From Patellaria atrata CBS 101060 (lineage: Eukaryota), in the NCBI GenBank assembly GCA_010093705.1, contig MU006089.1, positions 3,495,033 through 3,515,032 on the forward strand: 20,000 bases of DNA, read 5' to 3'. Numbering within the stretch: the stretch's first letter is position 1; each line of letters begins with the position of its first letter. The translations under genes and the position numbers were made by a program. The notes under the pieces were generated by a model. It was not told the origin of the DNA, did not search any database, and worked only from the letters and a program-made list of their open reading frames with translations. Below, one piece after another: positions 1 to 9,752 of the stretch.

Positions 1-951
1 TCTGTAGGTGATACTCTCCTGACCACATACTAGTACTCCACTTGGTCCATCAGTGCCACCCGGGACTTGGAAGAGCAAGTTGGCTGTTCGATCCACAGCA
101 TCGCTCCATTTCCGTACTACATGATTTAATCCGAGATCTAATTCGTAATAGACAAGCTGCTTTTCAATATCTCGATAAGCTTGACCAGTGTAATCTTGGT
201 CAGATTCAGTGTAGTCTACTTCGAGGGCTGCCCATGCTGGATTTTCATAGCCGGTATCTAAGGCGGCTAATGCGAATACAAGAGCACCAGGTTTATGCGC
301 CTCCAGTGGCGAGGATATGCGCACCTCCTTCTGACCATCCCTGTTTAGCACATAGACCAGTTTGTTCTTCTCGACGGAAGCGAGCATACAGGCTCTCCCT
401 TTTGGATCCGATGCAAGGTATTCTCCTGGTATAACTCGACGAACTCCAGATTTGCCGTATGTTTCCATACCTATTCTGTTCAACTTGAGCTTTTCGGGGT
501 CGTACTCGAGAAGTGCTATCCGTCCGGAGTCGGATGAGACTATGATAAAGTCTATTTTCTATCAGCACAGATTCATGAAATTTCCATAATCAGTTCCCAA
601 TTTCCACTAGGGGATGCAGCGGGAGTAACAGGCGGAACGTCGTGCTGTCGGACATGCTTCATGAATCACTAAATGAAACTATAATACATTGCGCGGTTTG
701 AACATACCTTTGGTGCTACCAGCAATCCTAAACGGAGATATGGACCTGATGATACCGAATACATTGTGTGTTAAGATGGTGGTAATTTTCCCGCTCGAAG
801 GGTCGAGTCGAAATAGTTTTAGTATCGAGCCAGTCGCAGAAAGAAGCTGCTGTTCCTTCGTCCCAGCAAACTGACCAAGAATAGTTATTGTAGAAGATGA
901 AGGAGGTTGCAGCGTCAACGAGTACATAAACATATTAGACGTCGTCGCCAT
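1..951 (-). CDS. RSE1: Pre-mRNA splicing factor Rse1/SF3B3 (U2 snRNP SF3b), 5' part; exons 951-708 and 551-<1 (runs off window)
   Basis: The N-terminus [17 protein letters not shown]...[10 protein letters not shown]...[18 protein letters not shown] is followed by intron 707-552 (GTATGT...GCTGAT...TAG). Exon 2 reads [12 protein letters not shown]...[27 protein letters not shown]...SSPLEAHK...[14 protein letters not shown]...[14 protein letters not shown], which are characteristic Rse1 sequences. Confidence 0.97.
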
Positions 952-1303
952 GATGGGTAGGTCTATGGCCTTTAGGGCCTGTCAGTTATTCTATGAAGGT
1001 CCTCTTGCGACCGGCGGCCGCTCAGAAATCGAATTGCGTCAAGCAATGGAGGTTCAGGTGATATGGGGGGCACAAAGGAGCGCGTCGAGGTAGAGTAGGA
1101 GGAAAGGCGTTGGGAGAAGCCAGTAGTTGTGTGGTTATAGTTATGTTGTTGGAGAATTTCTGATGCTCGGGAGAAGCTTCAGAGAGCAAGACGCCTTGGC
1201 AAAAGTACTGTATAGGAACACCAACGAGTTTCACTACATTAACGCAAAACATCTACTTTCAGGCATCACCAGCTTGATTAAGGGGGATTTCGATTGCAGC
1301 AGT

Positions 1304-2882
1304 ATGCGGCCATCTTATACCTGCCAGAGATGCTTAACATCTCTTAGGAAAGGTTTAGGAACGAAGCCCAATCCAGTGTCCTATACTCCAGTCACCGCAA
1401 GAAGATGGATGTCGGCGCCAGTCAATTCGGTATCGAGCACAAAAACATCTGATACCCATCCCACTGGAGGACGATCAGTCTCATCGGCGGTCCAAGGGAG
1501 GTCAACAGCTTATCCTTCATCTCACATACATGCATCTGGCCATGCTCTACCTCACGATCGTGAACATCGAATTCTGGAATCGAATAACTTGTTTCACTCA
1601 TGGTCGAACTCACCCATTCCCAAAATCCGACAACGCGCCGCATTCACGAAGCAGTATGCGCACTGCCCACACCCTAGCCATCAAGCAACCCGCACCGCCA
1701 TCAATCCTGATGATCCCGAATTACGAAAGCCCAAAACCGGTGGTCAAGCACCAGCACACGTAAAATATGAGTGTCCAGACTGTGGTATACCTGTTTATTG
1801 CTGCGAGGAACACTATATGGATGACTACGAAGCACACTTGGAGATTTGCGACACCTTGAGGGAGATAAATGAAGATGACCACGATCTCTCATCCGGTCGC
1901 TTCTTCCCCGAGTTCACATATCCGCCCAGGAACATGGAAGAGCAATTGGTAAACTTTACTAATTGGGATACGCTCCTCTATTCTCGAGAGTTCGCAGCTA
2001 TAAATCAGGAACGGAGCTTGAGGCAGGCAACACGACTCCTAACCTATCCGCTTACCATTGGAAGCGTTCTACACGAGTTAAGTCCCTACAATATCCGTCG
2101 TGGCGGTCGTCTGACCGTGGAAGGTTTGAAGAGTTTGAGTGGTGCGTGATAATCGTCCGCTGTTTGATCGAATCTCAACTAATTACTTAGCCCTACGGTA
2201 CACTGTTCATCCACCACGTACAGGTGCAGGGAAGGACATTAAAGGCCTACGGATGAATCCACCCCCTGTGCGGATATTTATTCTCGGCGCCCGTGCCGAG
2301 TCTTCACTCCCACGCGACGTCTGGGTCCAGCTAACCCACCTGTTCCATCGGGTGCAATTCCATCTCATCTTCATCGGCCCTGAATCCATGATGAATCGAG
2401 ACGCCGAATTTCCCCTTCCGGAACGCACTCCTTTAAATCCTTTCGGTGCCGTAGTGGAAGATCGGATAGATCCACAGCTGAAAATCAGCACGTTCGTAGA
2501 GTACTACCACACATTACATAAAGCAAACCTATTTTATCCCTACGATCCATATTTTGACTGTTTCGTGTTGTTCCATCCTGGACTTGGACATCCCGCATCT
2601 TCTCATGAATGGGAAGAGACGCTTCCTCTACTCCTTGAGACTAAAGTCCCGATTATTGCAACTGGTTATACGGAATGGGATATGCATCGTGACCTAAACT
2701 GGGTAAAGGAGAAGGTGGGCGGAGAGGTGGATCTACTGCTTGAACCTGGAGAAAATATTTTTAGGAGTTTGAGATGGGACCTCAACGATTTGGATCCACA
2801 AGATATCAGTTGCGGAAACTGGGGATTGTGGGCCTTTAGAGGAAAGAGATACGAGGCGACACAAAAGGAGAGTGAACAATGA
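1304..2882 (+). CDS. MSS51: Mitochondrial COX1 translational activator/assembly factor Mss51; exons 1304-2141 and 2191-2882 (~509 aa)
   Basis: The N-terminus is Arg/Ser-rich, like a presequence. It has the zf-Mss51-like segment CPDCGIPVYCCEEH...HLEICDTLREINEDDHDL.SGRFFPEF, then NWDTLLYSREF and TYPLTIGSVLHELSPY. The C-terminal part has IFILGARAESSLP, FHPGLGHP and PGENIFRSLRWD. Intron 2142-2190 (GTGCGT...CTAAT...TAG) joins the two ORFs in frame. An in-frame upstream ATG at 1163 makes the start slightly uncertain. Confidence 0.95.
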
Positions 2883-3260
2883 TACACGAAGGATATGTAA
2901 AATGGTAGTGTATGTTAACTAGACAGTTACTTAATCACATGTACAGTACTTCGGTAACCCAAGATGGCGCTGAAACAAGTGGATAGATCCACAAACTTTC
3001 AATTGAAAATCATCCTTGTGGATAATATGGAGTAAAACTGATCGGCGAAGACGGTTGGACGCTCCCAGTATGGTTTACACTTTACCAACAGAGAATAGCC
3101 GAGTATCCGAATACCAGGTAAAGTTCTTCATCTCACATCACTCTAGTCTGTTCCCGCTAATCTTTCACATCATAGTTGGTCTAGGTACAGGAGGTGGTAG
3201 CGGGATAATAACCTCTAGAAGGCAACCCCCACGATCGTTTAGTTGGTGCACAACTTCACA

Positions 3261-4082
3261 TTAGGCCTTGATAATATCAAGATCTAAAGGTATCGGGATC
3301 TTCGTAAGAGAACATAGATAGCCAGTTTCTTATAGTTGTAAGTAGAAATACGGTAGTTCTCGAAGCTCCTTGTACTCTGATGTGGTCACAGATTTATCTT
3401 GTGCATTATACCAGTTAAGTCTATGGCGGTAAACTCAGACGAGAGGTAAACACTCAAATAGGGGTCCCCTTTCAGTACTGCATCTATCCTCCCGTGGTAG
3501 CATTCCTCGCGTACGATACGGCCACTCAAACCAAGTCTCTAACATCTCTGTATAGACACTTAATCGCTCTACATTCGCGCTCAGTTCGGTAACGCTCCCT
3601 GTACAGAGAATTTCAAAACGTACGGATGAATCCCCGAACATACCTAGGTCTTGACTATACAGATAGCTCGTACTGTATAGTTTACAATTCCAGAAGTTAT
3701 TCGACACCCGTATGGATGCTCGTGGAATGCTAACTGTCATGGGGGAGATGTTACGAATCATTGCTACGCTCCTACCTAGCACTACCGCAGGTGAATGGTT
3801 AATCAATAGGTTTTTCCAACCATTCTCAGCTCTGCGCAATAGCTTGTCAAAGGTTTCCTGTCTAGTCCTGTTGTTCTACAGGCATTCCAACTCACACCCA
3901 GTCCAGCTAAAGATATAAGAGGCCATTTCCCGACGACAAACCTCCTCTACATCATTGAATGATGTAACCTATTCTAGATTACCCTTGTCAACAATCACTG
4001 CGATAGAATAGTAGGTGCTCTACCAACGTCGTTTACGTCCAATTGATGAGGAACGATCAAGCTCAAAATAGGGGTTGTATTA
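3261..4082 (-). pseudogene. Probable degenerate (possibly RIP-mutated) coding remnant of unknown family
   Basis: The frame of ORF 3435-3839 extends over about 272 codons (4079-3264) with only 5 internal stops: TAG 4020, TAG 3969, TAG 3876, TGA 3435 and TAA 3330. The translation is protein-like (e.g. WTGCELECL*NNRTRQETFDKLLRRAENGWKNLL), but the family was not recognised. Confidence 0.4.
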
Positions 4083-4184
4083 ATACACTACGTCCACCTT
4101 TCTATTACATTACATCACATGTACGCATCAACATCGAGCTTAGTAGTCAGTACTGCAGAAGGATTCGACAGCCGAACCACTGAT

Positions 4185-5103
4185 CTACATAGCATACGCC
4201 AACATGGCAATCATCGCGAAAAGGCCCATCGCAGCAGGTTCGGCGCGAACGCCAGCACCGTCGAACTCGGACGGTGTGGGAGTCGGAACAGAATCGGTCT
4301 AAAGAAAAGGTAAATGTCAGTCACAAACGCGCGTCACATAAACAATTCAACTCACGGTGTTGGCGGGATGAGTGTAAACAGCAGTGCTGGTGACGAAGCT
4401 CTCAGACGGGACGACCGGTGCCGAAGAACCGCCAGTAGGATAGGCAGAATGTACTCCCGAAGTGACAATCTCTGTACTGTGTCCAGAAGGACTTACAGAA
4501 GACGGCACACCGGTAGTCTCAACCGCAGTCTCCTCAGGGGCGGAACTTGGCGTCTCAGTCTCGACCGGAACAGATTCTGAACCTACCGGAGTCGTCTGGA
4601 TAGTCGTCTCGGCGGGAGGTTGTGGGCTGTCGGTCGTCTCTTCAGCTGGTGGTGGTGGGCTGTCGGTCGTAGTCTCTTGCGTGGGCGGTGGAGTGGGAGT
4701 CGGTGTCGGTGTCGGTTCCGGCTCCTCCTCCGCTGGCACGGGAGTAGGATCGAGACCGCACTCTCTAGCGGCACGGCTGACACTGTTGCCGTAGTACTGC
4801 CAGATGTCGTACTTCAGAGCGCACTGCATGCAGTCGTCGAAGTGATCCTGGAACTCCTGGTTCTCGCAGAAGCCTTCGGAGCGCGAGAGCGTGATAACGC
4901 CACCTGAGCCGGTATTAGACCTTGAAAGGAGGACAGAAATGCTACCTTGGCGATTGAAAGAGAGACATACCGCAATCCTCATGACATTCGTACTGAGGGG
5001 TTCCTGGGGCTTGACGTTTGTGCATAGGCACGAACTCAGGGAAGTCAAAAGCAGCAGCCAAAAGTGGCAGTGCCGACGCAAGGATTATAGCGAAGGAACG
5101 CAT
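4185..5103 (-). CDS. Secreted GPI-anchored cell-surface protein with 6-Cys N-terminal domain and Pro/Thr/Ser/Glu stalk; exons 5103-4971, 4903-4356, 4298-4185 (264 aa)
   Basis: The signal peptide MRSFAIILASALPLLAAA is followed by a KR (Kex2-like) site. The Cys domain reads PGTPQYECHEDCGGVITLSRSEGFCENQEFQDHFDDCMQCALKYDIWQYYGNSVSRAARECGL. A PT-repeat stalk leads to the GPI-type C-terminus FDGAGVRAEPAAMGLFAMIAMLAYAM*. Introns 4970-4904 (GTATGT/CTAAT/CAG) and 4355-4299 (GTGAGT/CTGAC/TAG) keep frame, and a TATA-like element lies near 5213-5218. Confidence 0.9.
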
Positions 5104-5482
5104 GTTGAGGAGTATATTCAAACGAGTGTAATCTCAAGACAGGAAGAGTATATTCTGTATAAGGTAGAGAGACAGAGCACGAGGGAGCCATGACAGTGGG
5201 AACATGCGAGTGTATATAAGCTTACGCGAAATTAAAGAGCTATGTCGGGCATATGTCGGGTTCCTGAAGAGCGTATGCGGTACGTAAAGAAGCATGAAGC
5301 AGGAAGCAGGAACCTTAGCGAGAAATAAGTCAGTTACAGGGGAAGTTTGGGGCGCTATTGAATCACTGGAATCTCATGGGAGAACACCATTCTACATTCT
5401 GTTCGTCAACTTCCGTTGTTGCTAAAGTTGCTATAAGTTTGAGCTCTTGGGGACAAGGGAGGACATCAAACGAAGGTTCGAG

Positions 5483-6126
5483 ATCAGATTAGATCGAATA
5501 AAAGATAAGCCGACATCGGGTCTTGGCTCCCAGTGTCCCACGCCATCCTCGACTTCTTCCTCACAATTTTCACAAAAGCAATCGAAACTCGCTATCCTAC
5601 TACTAATGACTCGGATTACTTGACTAAAGTGCTCTTCTTTCATTCAATTCTTCGGGGTTAGCCGAATCCAAGTGATATGATGGTTTGACCCTATTTGCTA
5701 ACACTGAAGCGCTACATTACCTTGGCCGCATTTGCCAACAACTAACAGCCTGTTCTCGATGCGTCTTTGCATCCAATTTCTCGTCTACACTTGTCTTCTC
5801 TTGCAATCTTCCCTGTCCGATAATTTATTGATCATCTGATAATCTTATCTGACAAGCCCTCCCATCAGCACGCTAGTCCCCAGTAACTTCATACTATCCA
5901 CTCTTTCTGCGAGGCTTTTTCTCTCCCTTGACCACAAGTCCCTGGTCGAGAATTTGGTTCGCTTCTTATCATGGGTTCCAGGAGGTTACAGTTTGTAAGC
6001 ATATTCATTTAAGCGGCTAGAGAATTGCCGTAGCGTTACTACCTTCTTGTTCTTGCATTCAACCTTTCCCTTGTTTGAGTTCAATATAGAACTGCATGAG
6101 CACTAACCAAAGAAACTCCTCGATAA
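5483..6126. promoter_or_regulatory. GATA-site cluster in divergent promoter, including SreA/Sre1-type extended dyad ATCTGATAA-tc-TTATCTGAC
   Basis: ATCTGATAA at 5834-5842 is an exact ATCWGATAA match, facing GTCAGATAA on the minus strand at 5845-5853. Further HGATAR sites lie at 5503-5508, 5818-5823, 5965-5971 (minus) and 6121-6126, with a near-match ATCAGATTA at 5483-5491. Confidence 0.65.
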
Positions 6127-6323
6127 AGTCCAACTGAACTACTCTCGCTCAATAGAAGGGATCCAGAGGAGCCCGCGGGATTGTATGTGCCTAGAACTTG
6201 GCTAGTTACCGTACTTAAAACAACATAGGTCCCACTGTCCTACATAACTATAGTTTCCTGCAATACATACCTAATCTTCATCTACCCCTCTACAAACTCA
6301 CCAGACTTACATTTAGTATAATC

Positions 6324-7156
6324 ATGCATTTCTCGAAACTTGCCCTCCTCGCAGCTGCCTTTACCCGTTATGCCTACGCTGACGAAGACGTTCCCGCTCA
6401 TGGTGAGGAAGAGTCAGAAGAAATGGGACCTATAGCTTTCATGTGGCCAGAGGATCGTGAATGGAGTGCTAGTGCAGATAACACGGCTCCATGCGGTTCC
6501 AGGGCAAACGTTGGCAATCGAACGGAGTTCCCTTTGAGTATATTACGAGATCTAAAACTTTTGGGTGTGAAGTACTAACCCATATCTAGCCCGAGGTGCT
6601 ATTGCTCTTGTAGCACAGGATGAAGCTTGGACGATCCAGGTTGCCATATCCTATGATAACAGTAAGTTATCTTTTACTCTTCGTGCACTACAACCGTTCA
6701 GGAGTGTTGAATGGGCCTATATCGATCAACTCACACACAAGTATCGCTTTCATTCACTAACAAAGCTTAGATCCACAATCCAACGATGACTTCCAGACCC
6801 TCATCTCAGAGCGGATCGGAGAGATTGACCCAGGACACGTATGCTACTCTGTTCCGGAGCCATCTCGTGATATTGTTGAGAATGGTGCGAACGCCACGAT
6901 CCAAGTCCGGTACACTTCCGACTTTGGCGGTGAGCAAAATAACGAGACCTTCTACGCATGCTCAGACATCACATATGTCAACCCGGCCCAGTTCACCATG
7001 CAGATCCCTTGCTTCAATGTCACTTCGGAGAACTTCACCGAGGCGCAGGATCCTGACCAGGAAGGCGCTGCTGGATTGCCGTACAACTCTAGAGTGTCCG
7101 CCATGACCGCTGGCGTCGTCACCGCTGTTGTACTGTTCGGCTCTTGGTTGATGTAA
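6324..7156 (+). CDS. GPI-anchored BIM1-like (X325/LPMO-like fold) protein; exons 6324-6537, 6590-6661, 6771-7156 (223 aa)
   Basis: The signal peptide is MHFSKLALLAAAFTRYAYA. The motifs AFMWPEDR...DNTAPCGS...NRTEFPL..GAIAL, ISYDNNPQSNDDF, GHVC, NGANATIQV and FYACSDITYV match my recollection of the BIM1-like domain. The tail is a hydrophobic GPI-type signal (GAAG...AGVVTAVVLFGSWLM*). Introns 6538-6589 (GTATAT/TACTAAC/TAG) and 6662-6770 (GTAAGT/CACTAAC/TAG) keep frame. Confidence 0.88.
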
Positions 7157-8449
7157 ATGATGGATGATGTAATGTATGGTGCATAGTCAGTCTTCGTCTC
7201 TTTACGCGGCAGAACCCGACTAGTAAAATAAGATGTCTTTGTATATCTCTTTAACCGTTATCTTGTAGCCTTGATGGTTGACTGGTCTTGAGAGCTCTTC
7301 AAAAAGCGAAATGTGCGAACTGTCGCTAATGGATGGTGTTTGGAACAGCTGATAGCCCATGAACGCCTCCATCTAGCAGCCCGGACGCGGATTTAAGTGT
7401 CCTTGACATGCGTACCCTTCATCGCGATGTCTCCATTTCTCACTTTCCGCTAACACACCTGTATTGACAAGTCAGATAAATTCCTGCCAACTCCTACAAG
7501 AAGTGCATAACTCTCTATTGTTTACATTCAGTTGTGGCTTTTATATGAACCTCAGCCGATCAAGCATTGTGTTTTCCTGACTGTTATCGAAGTGAGGAGT
7601 AGTCACCCGGTATCGTGTATTATATTCTTGATCCGCACGTATCCGAGTACAACGACTCCAGAGGAGTTCACAACTATCAAAAACCATTCATGGGACCGGA
7701 ATCCGTAGACGGATCTTATACTCTGAAGTGAGCCGAGTATTGTCAAAAACCGTCTAATATGGTGCGGTGGTAAGATCACCATAACGCACCCTTTACCTCG
7801 GGTCTTACGGCCATGATTTAGTCAAATTCCAAGAAATAGCTGGTGATGGAGCTTGCTAGCCCCAATCTCTCCTTCGCGGCGGTGGAAGCGAATTCGTCTT
7901 ATCCCAGAAACCTTGTTTGAACCTTTATTTCAACCAAGGGTTCAATTCTTGTTCGTGTCTCCTTTTTTATCAGTCAATATTAGTTACTTAATCATCCAAG
8001 TTCACAATATAAAGAAAGGAAAGTGTTCTAAAATGACCAGTTACCTGTTTAGTCTTTTCCAATTCTTAAGTGACTGATTATCATATCGATCCTCATGTTT
8101 CGTCCGTTAGTATTCCGACATCAGAATGCGAAATGCGATGGACACGACGCCAATTACAGTTTCCTTGAAGATCATCGGACCGCTAATGCTTTCATATCCC
8201 AAGTTTCAAAAACAAAGACTATTACTTTTTCAATCAGCAGGGTTTCTTATGTAAAATGTCAAGAACAACAACACGACCGGATAATGAGCATATATTGGAT
8301 AGGAAGGAGCATAAAGATTTTTTTTTCTCAAATTTCAAATTGACTGACAATATTCTCATCAGACAGGGGAAACCTTTGGACGGTGTGTGAAACCTAGATT
8401 GACAAGACCAATAGGAAAAGGTGTGACAATCGTTCACAATACCGCAGAT

Positions 8450-9702
8450 GTTACGATTCAGCTCACAACAAAGAATCGACTCATAGGGATTTTCAGTAAA
8501 TTCTTGTCGTTTGCTCTATTACAAGCCGGATGTCTTCCGCGACACTACGGCATGAGAAATGTTGGTAGATACTTTAGTCCAAAACCGTTAAAGGAACCGT
8601 ATTCGCAAGGTATAGGATTGAGGTAGCAACCTAGGCTTCGTCCAAAGACGAAGCTGTCATGGCTACATATGGTACAGTACCATTACAACAGCGTATCAAC
8701 TTCCAGCAGGGAAAGATTTTCCATACTGTTCAAAGTGGAAGCCGAGAGCGAAAGTAAGTTGAAGCCCCGGAGGAGATGTAGTTCACCAGTTCTGAATGCG
8801 GGATATAATTCCTCCGGCCATTGCAGTTGAGATATCATAGGTAGAACTAAGCAAAAGTGACCCAAATGTGAATAGTCCGTTGACTTATCACATGTTGTGG
8901 TGAACCTTGATTCGATATCAGATATCAGACGAGCGTACCAATAGAAATGCGGAAGCTCAACGGCGAACCCGTTCAGACCCGAAGCTGTGGGTGTGGAACC
9001 CGGGGGATTCCCATCCACGGCATCATCAGCTGCTGTAACAGGTGCATCTCACATTATGTCCTTGAGTTCTGAAATGCCATAGTAACTCATTGGGTGGATG
9101 AAATCAGAATAGAGATACTGCATAGCCGGGAATAACCGCTATTTGATGCAGATTCTAGAAATTTTCCAGCGATACTTTCCGATGTCTACTGTGCTGTACT
9201 GTGCGTACGGACGGAATATGTGTTGACGTGAATGAAAGTTTTGAGCTGAACTGCTGTGAAACAACGGAAGAGACATCCTATCATCCCCGGCCGTTACAGT
9301 CGCCCTTGTCCTCTTGGTTCCATCGTCCGGGTGAAACTGTTGATATCAAGAATATTTGCTGGGCCAATCCTGAAACGAGAAATAAAGATAGTTTTGACAT
9401 TTAGGATCAAGCTCCGAACGCTTCCTAATGCAAAACCTGTAGATTTTCTAGAAACTTGACCTAAATGGGAAATCCCATGCGAATCATATCACGATCGCAA
9501 AACTTCGCGATGCGATGGATCAAAATTTCATCCTCCTGATCCCACTTTCGAATTTTGCGGGACACATTGCGCATCGTCCAGGAACAGAATTACAGCACAT
9601 GGCATTACAGCGAGTCAGGTTAAGCAAGATTCGAATGCGATTAGGAATCTGTACGCGGAGCTTCCACTGAGAATTGAGCGGAAGTTGCAGTAATTGAGCC
9701 AT
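8450..9702 (-). pseudogene. Possible decayed F-box/LRR-type gene remnant(s)
   Basis: The ordered fragments MAQLLQLPL...LLNLTRCN (9702-9520), NLHQIAVIP/QYLYSDF (~9150-9100), WPEELYPAFRTGELHLLRGFNLLSLSASTLNSMENLSL (ORF 8683-9018) and GFGLKYLPTFLMP resemble fungal F-box/LRR proteins. They are broken by stops and frameshifts, and the boundaries are approximate. Confidence 0.3.
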
Positions 9703-9737
9703 AAATCCTCATATGCCATAATGCCAACGTCGTTGAG

Positions 9738-9752
9738 AAAAAAAAAAAAAAA
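9738..9752. repeat. Poly(A)15 tract
   Basis: 15 consecutive A residues read directly from the sequence. Confidence 0.9.

Noticed and set aside
1127..1303. N-terminal extension of Mss51 from TTG 1127 or ATG 1163
   Set aside because: The extension does not resemble a mitochondrial presequence and lies in the short bidirectional RSE1/MSS51 promoter. ATG 1304 is preferred, though the extension is not strictly excluded.
4347..5081. 244-aa ORF as listed in the ORF track
   Set aside because: Its N-terminus reads through an intron in the wrong frame. The spliced model from ATG 5103 gives a proper signal peptide and GPI tail.
5995..6112. 5' UTR intron upstream of the BIM1-like gene (GTAAGC...CACTAAC..AAG)
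   Set aside because: The acceptor is weak and very close to the branch site, so it cannot be supported without transcript data.
1304..7156. Functional link between heme-binding Mss51 and the adjacent metal-capture pair
   Set aside because: The only evidence is adjacency. They are separated by a decayed remnant, and I noticed no shared promoter motif.
8635..8654. Perfect 8-bp hairpin GCTTCGTC-CAAA-GACGAAGC (also an imperfect hairpin at 7761-7790)
   Set aside because: About one such stem is expected by chance in 20 kb, and there is no supporting context.
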